Source: Hydrurus foetidus
Lineage: Eukaryota
Direction: 5' to 3'
DNA: 64,000 bases
Assembly (NCBI GenBank): GCA_900617105.1
Contig: UYFQ01000659.1
Location: 1 to 64,000, forward strand
Program-made: the position numbers and the translations under genes
In this document: piece after piece, positions 50,153 to 63,355 of the stretch
Layout of the letters: the number at the start of each line of letters is the position of its first letter
Position numbering within the stretch: position 1 is the stretch's first letter
Notes under the pieces: model-generated
What the model saw: only the letters and a program-made list of their open reading frames with translations
What the model was told of the DNA's origin: nothing
The model's database searches: none

Positions 50153-53100
50153 TTATATAGCTAATTTACCGAAGTAAGCAGCAATTGTCGCGAATCCGTC
50201 TTTTGAATGCTCTAAATCGTTGTAAAAACCCTCCTTAAAAAGGGAAAAAAAAGAGAAATATAGTCGAGAAAGTGGGATTTAGTCTCGCATTAACAAGAAG
50301 ATTTGATGAGCGGTGGGATGACATGTGAAGAGAAGAAAAAAAAGAAGAAAGAATTAGACAAATAGAGGGAAGGGGTAATTGGGGAGAGGAGCATCAAGTA
50401 AGTGGGTAAAGCACGAGAGAGAGGGAGGGAAGTGGCTATTGTTACATCGCCACATCAATCAGTAATCTTGTCTCAAAGTCAAAATATATTCGTATTATGT
50501 AGCATTTTATTTTACCTGGTCTTGTGACCTTTCTATTTGTGATCTTTTGATGCTCTCCCATTTCCTCTTATCCGCCGCATCTTCCTGGGCCTGCAGGGAA
50601 AATAGAAAAAATATGACACTTATAATATGAGATTTGTAATTATACCGTAACTGACGGCATAATTATACCGAATAACAGTAATCAAGAAAAAAGAAGAAAA
50701 ATAGAAAATGGAAGGTTGGAAAAAGACAGTAATAAAAAGTAATTAACGTGAAATAAAGAAAAAATAAATAAAGACAAAATAAAATAAAGGAAAAAGTAAC
50801 AGATGAATAAAAGTCAAAATTAAATCTCAATGCCATCAGTACTTTCACAACTTTCCAGTAAGCTTTATTTTCATTTATTTATTAAACATTACCTTAATCG
50901 ATTTTATATTTTCCGATTCTTCGTCATCGTCACGGGGTAGTGGACCTTGGATAGAAGATTCCAGAAATGTACTCCGCCCTATGTATGAAATTGAGATTAT
51001 TTTGATGACGTGAAATCAGTAAGATTTGTGGGAGATATCGAAGAAAATTGATTCTTTTGTTGTTTTACGTTTATTTCACTGTTTTCTTTCTGTTAATCTA
51101 TTGTTCGCTAGTTTGTTTGTTTATTTGTTTTTTCGTAGGGTTTTAGCACATGTTATAAAACCTTTCAAATCTCGAAGTAACAGGCATAACTGACAATAAT
51201 AATTATATCATAATTTTATACGGGCAAGAAATGCATATATTATCACCATTGTAAGCATTCATCGTGCTGTGTTTCGATAGCTTTTCAACGATGCTTCGTG
51301 AGTGGCTCACGGCACTCTCCAGACTACACACTTCCTCCGACACATCCTGACGAGAAAAAAACGTGAAAAAAATTATAACGAGGAGCAATTGTCACTGTAA
51401 TGTAATGTAATGTAATGTAATGTGGTGTGAAGAAGAAAAAAAGAAGGCACAAGGAACTAAAAAAAGAAAATTTCCAATGTATGACACAGCAGTGATTTTA
51501 TATACTTGAAAGAAAAATAGTTTCTCAAATTGTTAGATGGGATAGTGACAGCAAGAATTCCAATCTGTTTCCAGAATCACCTTGAATGCTTTTTGAAAAA
51601 ATTTCATGGCGACTTGAAGCGGAATGTTTGGATTCGACGACAAAATCGATAATGCCTGAGTGGAGGAAAAAGATAGTGAATAGATGTTATTACGATTTAA
51701 AAGCTTAACCTTCAAGACTGTCTTTTAAGTTACAATAATATTACGTGAAGGTAGTAAAACGAAAAAAATAAAAAATAAATTGATCGGAAAAAAAGAAATT
51801 GAGAATGGAATAATTAAAAACGAAAAATAAACTAAAAAAAGAAAATCCAATACATGTAGACAACTAAAGATGATGAAAAAAAGTGTTGCAGTGGATACGA
51901 GATGAAAATTTCAGTAAAGAGGTCACATAGATAATGCGACCCAATTAATGGTGTACTGAATTAATAGTTCGATGTACTGAATACACCCTAACTCTAGCCC
52001 TAACCCTGCCTCTGACTTTAACCCTAATCTTCACACTAATCCTAATCCTAATCTTTAGTATAGAATTCAGTGCATCAAACTATTAATTCAGTACAGCAAT
52101 CTCTCAATGCGCGTACACGGTTAATTATTTCCCATGGAAAATTTTAATTTTTTACCTGAGTGGAAGACATTAAATTTTCTCTTTGCACGTACGACAATAC
52201 TTCGCGTACATACTCCCATCTATAAAGAGTAAAAAATCGATCATTTTTAGGATTCAAAATATCAATTATCGCGTTGACTAGATTATGTCGGTGGGCAATT
52301 TCAAAAATTTATACTTATTACACCGGTCAGAATTAAACAGTGCCACAAAATTTAATTCTGCGGCATATTCGTGTTTTTGACTGTAGAATCAAATAACGGT
52401 TATTTTAAACTCAGTCAAAAACACGAAAAAACCTCCACATAAAATGAATTCTCCCATTTAATTTTGACCGGCACAATACTGAAATCATTTATAGTACGAA
52501 AGTAAAATATGTCGACAATTATTACACTTTGGCTAGAATTGGAAAAAGAAGGAAAAGATACAGTAAATTTAGCCCGCAATTTCTCGTATCACTGAAAGCA
52601 CTGCAAATATGAATGGCAGGAATAGTGAAGAAAGTCAAATAGATAAATGGAAAATAATACCAAATATTGAGATATAACTGCTCATAATTAGTACGACATT
52701 CTTGATAACAAGTACGACATTCTTGATAACAAGTACGACATTCTTGATAACAAGTACGACATTCTTGATAACAAGTACGACATTCTTGATAACAAGTACG
52801 ACATTCTTGATAACAAGTACGACATTCTTGATAACAAGTACGACATTCTTGATAACAAGTACGACATTCTTGATAACAAGTACGACATTCTTGATAACAA
52901 GTACGACATTCTTGATAACAAGTACGACATTCTTGATGGCATACATACCTGTCATTATCATCATCTTCGCTGTCACTATTTATTTGATTTGCATTATCGC
53001 TACTCTTGACATTATTTTCAATAATACTGTCTTTTGTATTTGTACATTTATTAACGAAATATTGCAAAATTTGTACGCTCAGATCTTTTTCTTTTCGGCC

Positions 53101-54203
53101 ATCTCTTTTTAATAATTTGAGTACGTTCTTGTCATCTCCTTCCATGTACTTACGCAGTAAGAGTTCGCTTCTAGATTGCCTGATAAAAAGAAAAGGAAAA
53201 TGCATCAAAATTGTGATTTAACTTATGATGAGATAAGTTGTATATTTAACATAAAAATTATTTCACTAATAAGTCGATGTTAGAATATCAAAAATATACG
53301 GTAATGAATTTGGTCATAACATTTCGTTGTACGCAAATATAATCTAAAAATAGTACTCAATTAAGTCAATTAAATAAATTTAGTATGACATTAAACATCA
53401 CCTGTCAAGTAAGAAAATCTCTCCTTTTGAGAATCGAAACTGAGAACAAAGAAGCAATGCATGCAACCTAAAAAATGAAATAAAAAAATGATAAAAGTGA
53501 GCAATTTAAGTGAAGAGCAAAAATAATAAAAACTGTGTGTAGAAAAATTCCAGAAAAATTCATATTATCCCCAAATATTAAAAATAGAAATTGATGACTT
53601 TTTTCGAAGTAGAAGAGAAGAGAAGAGAATCAGCGTGTCAGGCCGATTCTTATGCGCGTCGGATTTCACGAAAGTCGGAATCGGATTTCAAGGAAATTTC
53701 CGACCGACCCAAGGTTTTTCGATTTTTCCGATTTTCGACCGAGTTGGAATCGGAAATTTCCCCTTATTTCCGATTCCAACTCGGTCGAAAATCGGAAAAA
53801 TCGAAAAACCTTGGGTCAGTCGGAAATTTCCTTGAAATCCGATTCCGACTTTCGTGAAATCCGACTCCCATAAGGACCGGCCTAACGCTAAAAGTGAAAT
53901 TTACATTTGTTAATCAGATTGCATAGAATTATTGTAAATGTGACTATAAAAAATAGATCAAAAAATAAGGTATAAAACTGTAAATTTAGTGTGACATAAA
54001 CTCACTTACTTATTGTATGGAATATCGCCGTCTAGAAGGGTCATTATTTTGTCCTCAATTATTAGCATATTAGATGCTGTTTCAGATTTAATTTCTTCAA
54101 TTGAATCAACTGTTGTAATATCGTAATTATTACCAAAATTATAATTCTCGTTATTATCATTATTATCATCACTATGATCGTTAGTATTTTTGTGCTTATC
54201 ATT

Positions 54204-54235
<32 letters not shown>

Positions 54236-57200
54236 CATCATTATTATTATTGTTTACATAGTTGTCATTAATACAAATAAATCCCGACTTATATAATTCA
54301 CTATCATGATCAGTACTCAACTCATCCAATTTTTCGAGGTAGAGTTCTAATGTAGTGTTTCCTAATTTTTCACTTCCTTTACTTCCCATTTTTTCTCCCA
54401 CACTTTCCAGTAACAAAAGTAAGTGCTCTTCATATCCCGAAAATAGTGCTAATATCTCAGTAATTGGTACGGGAGTACGTCCTTCTTTATTACGTAAGAG
54501 TTCCATTTCTTCTTGTTTTATCATTTCTTTTTGTTTTTCTTTCTTTAATTCTCTTTCTTTTTCTTGTTCTCTTTTTTTTTCATTTTCACTTTCTTTTTTT
54601 TTATTTTCATTTTTTTCAATTGATAAAGAAGGTTTAGATAGAGGTAGAGAAAGAGGTGGTGAGAGAGGTAGAGAAAGAGGTAGAATGGATTGGTAATCGC
54701 CAGTGCAGAGTTTAATCAGTAGACCGATTGTCGCATCGGGAGAATTGACTAATAGTTGTCTTCCGAAAAGTAAAAATAAATCTCGAAGTAGTTCCGCATT
54801 CTGTGGACAGGAATGAAATAATAATTAGATAAAAAATATTTAAGAATGTAACAAAGTTGTTATAAGAAATAAGTGGAAATAAGTTCAGATGAATAAAAAT
54901 ACATAAACATTCCGAAATTAAAATTTACCTTGCAAGCTAAAACGGCAAAACTTTCATTTGTCAAATTTTCATGAATTTTAGAAAAAGAAGGAAGGGATAA
55001 GGTGGAAGAAGAGGAAGGAGGGGAAGAAGGAGGGAAACAGCCGGGAGTTAGGGGCCTTACGGCTAACCCGGCCAAATACGCTAAAGCTTCTTTGGACCTT
55101 GGGTTTGGAGATTCCATCTATTGTCGAGATAAAGAGATACAGATATGAGTTATTTTCATTTAACTTCGAGAAAATTAAAAGTGTAGCGTAGTGCATGATA
55201 CGATAAGTTATCATACAAAATGATGTGGAGTATTTCTTCATTGTTAAGATGATAAGATAGAGTGTATATAAAGATATTAAGCCGTAGAAAATGTGTTTGG
55301 ATTTGAGTAGGATGAGGAGATAGAGGAAAGGTGGAGGTGAAAATAGAGTGCAGCAAATGTATGATAGGCACATGTTTTTTTCTTCTTTTATGTGTTCACG
55401 AATATATAAAGTAGATGAATGAGTGAGAATGCTAAGTGTAGGATAGGGCGGTATTGTAAGTTGCAGTGTAGCATTTAATATGACAACATAGCGCGTGTGT
55501 ACGTGCATCAGTACGTACGGTATAGTCCAATGTCGTAAGTACTTTATTTAGTATGTACAGTTTAGTATAAAACAGTATATTAACAAGAGAGATCAGATAA
55601 GATAGGATAAGATTAGATAAAGTAAGATAAAATAAAATAGAACAGAATAGAATTGAATACGTCAGTGCTGTCTACGGAACGGTACCTGAATGCGTAAGTA
55701 CGCGTGATGCAGTCCGTTACTACTGGCGAGTTTGAGCGAAAAATCTAAAATGGAATAGGATAAAAAAAATAAGAATGAAATTAAAAAGCTTTGACAATTT
55801 GTATTTTCAAAATACGGAAGTTCAACCTTTTATAGGTTTCAAATTCGGACATAAGCATTATTTTTTTGTGCATCAATCGTTGGGTAAAGAAATGCATTTA
55901 AAAGTTGAAATAAAACATCCTCAATATTAGGACAGCGAAAAGATTTTTGTTACTTTTAATCTTCACACGGATATCTTATATGTGTTTTAGTAAGATAAAC
56001 ATTTTCGTAATATACTATTTAATCATACGTATTTAGGTAGCACGTATGTTAGATGTACATATTTTACTGTTTTTTGATCAATACATATTCTACTATTCTT
56101 TTTTTCACTTACCAATATACCCGGCAGCCGCCAATAAGTTAGTGACACCTTCAATGTCTAAATCGACGACTCTCATACCAAAAGCATAAATGTTTTGATT
56201 CAAATTCTGATTTGCAATACTATTGTTAATATTGTTATTGTTATTGTTCACATTTTCTGTTTCATTATTTTTGATGTTGTTTTCATTGTTTGTGTTTTCT
56301 TTTTCGTTTTTTTCGATATCTAAATTTCCTATATCTTTTGTTATTTTATCTGCAAATACAGTGAACAGAAGTAAATAATGAGAAAAATCAGAATCGCTAA
56401 GTATAAGCTCTATCTGATCATTTCATTGAAATCGTTGTGAAATTAACATTTTCTAATACAATCAAAATCAACGATTTAAAAAACCCAAAAAAACAATCAT
56501 CACGAATATCGTCTAAAAATAAATTTTCTATTTATAGTCTGTATTATTTTATTTATTTCTTACCTGTTGAGCAAGCGGCGGAAACTAAAATAGAGAGTTT
56601 GTCAGCATTTTTAGTATTTACTAAACAAGTAAATAGTAGAAATGTGTGATCTGCGCTTGCCAAGCCTATTAGAAATATTTTGATTAAATTATCATATTTA
56701 TTTATTAGTTATATTCATTCTATAATATTTATCGTAATATTTTTAATATTATATATCATATCATGATAAATGATATCATATACATATCATATATAATTTA
56801 TGTAATATATACAATATATATAATTCATACAATACATATAGTATATCACATATCTTATGTGTAATGATTTCTAATGATTCGATATTGTATTAGACTCGTA
56901 TAGCAGTGCTCTGAGTACCTTCAGTACGTAAATTAAAAAAAAAAATTAAATGTCGATAGCAATCACCGACAAAAATTCAGAATGTAGTAAAGCATGCACA
57001 ACGACTTCTTGAAAAAACAGCGGAAAAAAATAAGCGAAAAAAATAAATAGCACTTTATCCTATAACAATAACGACTAAAAATGAATTTTTAAAAAATGTA
57101 TTTTTTTTTTAACTTCTTCCAACTCTTTTTTACCTTTTTCGAGTAGTTTGCTTAGATACATAATCAGGTTTTCGATTCTTTGAGGGTCCAGGAACTTTCT

Positions 57201-60200
57201 GATCTAAATCAAAAATGTTATAAATTGCACGAAAAAACACAGTAGAAGTAAGAAAATAGAAAAATGAGGAAGTATCTTAATTTCAACACAAATAACCGAA
57301 AATACAAATGAAAATTTGTAATATACGTATCAATAATGAAAACAAATTCAAAAACAAAATCAAACAGTGAGGGCTGTCCCAGTGAAGTACAAATTACAAA
57401 TTACAAATTACAAAACAGGAACTTATCGATTTTCGTTTTTGTCAGGTACAGAACAGGGAGAAAAGACAAAATTCTCGCCGAATTTTGCTTTTTTTTTCTG
57501 TTTTGTACCCTGACAAAAACAAAAATCGAAAGAGTATTTAAAATTGATTTTAAAATTGATTTCAAAATTAATAAACTCACCACATAACACGTTCGAACAA
57601 ATCCAATGGTACAGCAGTACTGTGTAACCGATCCTTCGTAGTCGGCTTTGTCGTACAAATAATCACCGTATAATTTGTATAGCCTCATTATCTGGGGATA
57701 ATAATCACGATATTAGATGTTACTTCATTTTTATATATACATGCAAAATAGAAAATAAAATGACAAAAATTCTTCACAGCGGTCATTTCAAAATACAAAA
57801 ATATACAATCTTTCTGTTTTTAATACAACAAGTTTCACAATGCGTAAGTACGGCATAGCACATAGCATGTACGTACAAAAAGAATGTTAGTGGAAAAAAA
57901 GAAACATGAGCGTACGGAATACAGAATACAGAATACGAATATGTACGTACGGAATAAAAAATGTACGTGCCTGGTCGGGTCCGCTCTGTTCTTCTGCTGC
58001 AAGGGTTATGGCGAGGGGAAATGAAGGGACGCGTTTACACGTCAATAAAACCTTCAAAATAGGGGTATTTTAGTAAGATTGTTGAGAAGCGAAATAAGGG
58101 GGGATTAGGATTATTCTAGGGGTATTGTATGGGCAGATTATGAAATAGTAAAATTAGGGGATAATATGACGTGCTGTTTTCGTGAGTAAAATAAGTCGAT
58201 TATTAACATTTCAATATTAGCCATGTAAGAAATGCGAACGAGACAACTTGATAAAAACGAAGCATGCGAGAATAAAAACTAAACAATGCTCAAGACAAAT
58301 GGAAAATAAAAGTAAGAAAATAAGCCTATTATAAGGGATATTCAAGCATTTAAATTTCCCGCCTAATTACCTCTAATTTTTCAGCTGTACTTTTCTCAAC
58401 AAATCGAAGAAGAGTTCCTGACCAAATAGCAAGAAAGAAATACCAAACATTAGGAATTGTGCAGACCTTCGATTCAGAACGAACGTACAGTTTATATTCG
58501 AAACAAACCTAACTAAAACGCAGTGACATACAGCTTAAGATAATTTATTACTATATCTATATACATCATTTAAAATCATAATATAACACAACACAACACA
58601 TCACAACACATCACAACACAATACGACACAACACAACACAACACAGCACAGCACAGCACAGCACAATACAACACAACACAGCACAATACAATAACACAAC
58701 ACAATACGACACAGCACAACACAATACAACACAACACAACCCATCACAACACAACACCATTACATTACAACAATACAACACAACACACACAATATACACA
58801 ACACACACATCACAACACAATATAACACAACACATACAACACACACAACACAACACAACACAACACATCACATCACATCACAACACAATATACACAACAC
58901 ACACAACACAACACGACACAACACAACACATCACATCACAACACAACACTACACACAGCACAACACACACACACACACAACACAACACAACACATACACA
59001 ACACAACAACACATCACAACACAATACAATACAACACACACACAACACAACACAATACATCACAACACAATCACAACACACACAACACGACACAACACAA
59101 CACAACACACACAACACAACAACACATCACAACACAACACAACACAACACAATACATCACAACACAATACATCACACACACAATACAACACAATACACAC
59201 AATACATACAATACAACAATACAACACAACACAATACAACACAACACACACAATACAATACACAATACAACACAACACAATACAATACACACATACACAA
59301 TACAACACAACACAGCACAATACATCACAATACAATACAACACAAAACAGCACAACAAAACACAACTCAACTCAAAGCAACTTCAAAACAACTGAAAATA
59401 AATACACACAAAATTACACGGTACCTGCCGATGTAAGTACGTACACCATAACACCGTCTCGCATCGTACGTTCCACTGTATCACCCAGTGGTAGAGGAGT
59501 ACTCATGACGATCAGTTTGTGCTGCAAGTCATACAGCGTAACGGTCGTACGTCTTCTGATAAAATATAGAAATTCAAAAAAGAAATTCGGTAGCGAATTA
59601 TTTGTTTAAATAAAAGATTTAGTTGAAATATTTAATTTGAAAATTTGAATTGGGATTGATCGAGGCGGTATAAGGGTTGCGGTTTTATTTAAATTTGCTG
59701 CAATTTCGTTTTTTTTGCTGATAAAAAGACAATTGTCATACAAAATTGTGATTAGAAAAAGGAAGTAAATTAAATTAGCACAATTTCAATACATATATAT
59801 ATATAAATGCATACTGACGTATAGTAAAACACAAAATGCACCAATCAAAATAGAAAGATATGTCAAGCACAAATGAACATATTAGAACACAAATAAATAA
59901 GCACAACAATTTGCAAAATCAATTAAGTAACATTCACACATATAGAAAAAAAAATTGCGGAAAAGTTAAAAATAATTTGTAGGAAACAAAAAAGGATAAA
60001 AAGTCAAAAATCAAAAAGAAAAAAGAAAAGAAAAAAATACTCACCCGTTGTTTTTTGAATTTTTTTCTTCCAACCCAGCAACAAGAACATATTTCCCCAC
60101 ACAATTAATTCCTTGCTTTTGCCCTTCAAAACCCGCCGCACCTCCTCTGTCATCCACCTAAAATAAATAATATAAAATAATAAAATAAAAGAATAAAATG

Positions 60201-63200
60201 TACAAGTAAAATGTAAAAATGTAATATAAAATATATATACTCTATAAAAAGTGATGCAATGCAATATTAAGTAAATTGATGTGATTTAATTTACTACCGC
60301 ACATTCAAAAAATGTGCGATATAATATTACATGAAAAAAATACATTTTTTAGTGTGAGAATATTAAACATGAAAACATGTAAACATGTGTATTTGTGTAT
60401 GTACGTATATGTACATGCTTGCATGTACGTAAGTTAGCGTTAACATATGTATGTATATATATACGACGTATGTACATACACATGTAAGTACGTACGTACC
60501 GAGTAGCTGAACACTCCTTCCGACCTTCCTACCAAAAGTTCACACGTCATTTTCATAACTGCGGAACATTCTTTGGAAGCCCCTCGTTCGTCAAGAACTA
60601 CGGGCATTCTGTTAGGGTTGTACGTACATACGCGCATGGGTTGGTGAGTGTGTGTATACATGTATGTATGTACGCATGTACGAATGCATATATGTATGTA
60701 TATATGTATGTGCGTATGTATGTATGTATGTACGTACGTACATATGTTTGTTTGTATGAATGTATGTATGCACGAACGCATAACAAGGTAGTACAGGAAT
60801 AAATAATGCAAAAAAGTATGAGAAAAGAGGAGAAAACACATTCCAGAACGAGAATCAGGGCTCATGATGATTAGTGAAGTCAAGGTTGGAAAAAAAGAAA
60901 GAGAAAAAAACAGATTTTTGCATTAAAAACGAAGATTTATTTACCTTCTATGCGTCATGAGAGAAAAAGAGGGAGAGAGAGAGGTAGAAGAGGTAGTGAT
61001 AGAGGGAGTGGGAGGGGGTGTGATGAGTACACTGGTGTCGAATACAACCACACCGCCTTCAGGCTGATTAACATCTTTATTAATATCTAATTCTGAATTA
61101 TTTATGTTAGTATTATTATTTGTTTTCATGATCGTTTGAATTTTTTTATCACTCTTATTATTTATTTTATTATCATTATTATCATTATTATCATTTTTAT
61201 TATCATTATTATCGTTATTTTTCTCTATTTTTTCGTTATTATCATTATCACCACTGTTTACTCCATCACTGTTATTGTCCATAACAACATACAATCGTAA
61301 AGTACGTTCTTTCTGCCGTACGGACAAAGGCAATAATTCACAAAAGTGTAAACCAGATACGGGGGAAGGGTGGCTCTTTTGCAACACCTGAAAATTAAAA
61401 CCATAAATGCTAATTATGTAAACGCAAAAAATCTTCTGAAAGAATAATCGAATATTCGTTTTGAAATAATGGTAAAAATATCTTCGTGGTAACAAAAATA
61501 AACCATCAGTGAAAATCACGAAAATACATCAATAATCGTTACTTCAGTAAACGTTCATTATGTCATACAATTTTTTGAATGTAGTGGCGAGCATAACAGA
61601 ACGTTATCGAAGTAAAATAAAAATACAAAATTGAACTTCAAAAAAGGGATCAATGATGGTTTTGATGAGAGTCACGAAAGGTATACACACAAATAAAAAA
61701 TGTGATGTATATGTGACAATGTGTGTAACTAACACACTGTAGCTCACACACATTATGCATATACCAACTCAAAAACAAAGTAAAATAAAATAAATTAAAT
61801 TAAATTAAATCAAATTAAATTAAACCAAATTAAGTTAAGTACTTACGTGTGGTACGGTCGGTTTCCCTTTTATTCCTCCTTCGTAGAAAACTCCGGTAAA
61901 AAGTAAAACTAAACCGGTGTTAAAGCCTACAGCGATCTGTCACATTATAGTACATTATAATGTCAATAAATATTGTACATTATAATGTCAAATGCATCAT
62001 ACATTATAATGTCACAACACATAACAATGTCACAAACATTATAATGTTGATAAATGTTATTCAATACAGACTAAATATGAAAAAGATGCGTTTGATATTC
62101 AAATTAAAAAGTTGTCCATGTAATCATAAATTTATTAAACAAGTAAGGCATATGAAATGTAGACTAACTAAATTAAATAGAAAGCATACTATTTGTATAT
62201 GTAAAAACTGTTCTATTAATAAGAAAATTAGCTGATGAATAATAATAAATAATTAGTAAATATTTTTGTCACCTGGCATCCGTCTGGAAGAACATCAAAA
62301 GCGGACAAAAACATGTCCATTTGATTTGACAGTTGTGTCAAGGGCGCTGAAGGGGGAAAAAAGAGAAGAAAAAAGTGAAGAAAAAAATAGTAAAATAAAT
62401 ATCATCGTTGCTGCAATGAGTTCTGACACCAATGCAGAAAAATGACAAGAAGCGAAAAACAAAATACGACTGTTAGTCTTACTTAAAATACAAAATAAAT
62501 TAGTTAAAATACATAATAAAAAGCAATTCAAATTGATAACAGGGAAAAAAATTGTGGTTAGGAATATAAAGCGTATGCATATTTAAATCTCAACATTTTA
62601 GCAACGAAACAAAGAATAGAAAAGAGCGGTAGTTCATTGCCGAATTTCTAATGTTATCATAATTTATTTTTATTACGGTTGATTTATCTTACCGTGCACA
62701 GCCGGTGTAAGTACGGGAAATACACGTAGCGGACGTGTCGTATCAGCAACTTCAAATACCTGAAATAAAATAAAATAAAATAAGATAAAATAGGATAAGA
62801 TAAGATAAGATAAAATAAAATAAAATAGGATAAGATAAAATAAAATAAGATAAAATAAAAGAGAACAATACCATATGAAATGGTAGTCTTAAAGAAAGTA
62901 GGAATTTAGAAATTGTACAGTGAAGTTTGTGTCAGTTATGATACAGTTAATATCAGTACTATTATTATTATTAATTTTTTTTTCTTCCTCTCTTATTTTC
63001 TGATAGCATTCTAATGACGGAACTTTGGATGTATGAAGAAAAACTGATATGTATTAGTATTGCTTCGATTAAGAAAAAGAAAACGAACTTATTGGAAATA
63101 TACACATACTTCTATATATACGTACATGTATAAATACATACATACATACATACATACATACATACATACATACATGTATAATACTTTGTTTAATATCGAA

Positions 63201-63299
63201 GCAAGCAATCGTAGGATAATATTTCGATGCTCGTGTTTTGTTGATGATTTGATCTGATTCACTGTATTGCTGAACCCAGACCACCGTAGCAAAAATAAC

Positions 63300-63355
<56 letters not shown>

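Noticed and set aside
51203..51247. CISC in read-through after a Vps11 exon as a RING remnant
   Set aside because: It lies past the phase-1 donor needed to join the next exon, is followed by a stop, and lacks the remaining RING ligands.
52522..53208. ORF with (CYQECRT)n, resembling a metallothionein or Cys-rich repeat protein; the array is also superficially CRISPR-like
   Set aside because: It is read-through from a Vps11 exon past the donor at 52948 into a 21-bp intronic minisatellite. Copies are identical and contiguous, with no spacers and no cas genes.
58611..59370. Cys/Val-rich ORFs here and similar ORFs at 13433-14734, 15695-16000, 24750-25107, 28512-28955
   Set aside because: Translations of microsatellite and polypyrimidine tracts inside introns.
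2350..59370. Strand bias of pentanucleotide microsatellites relative to transcription
   Set aside because: CA-rich strands occur on both the sense strand (2350-2470, 15846-15997) and the antisense strand (26310-26420, 58586-59370), so there is no consistent polarity.
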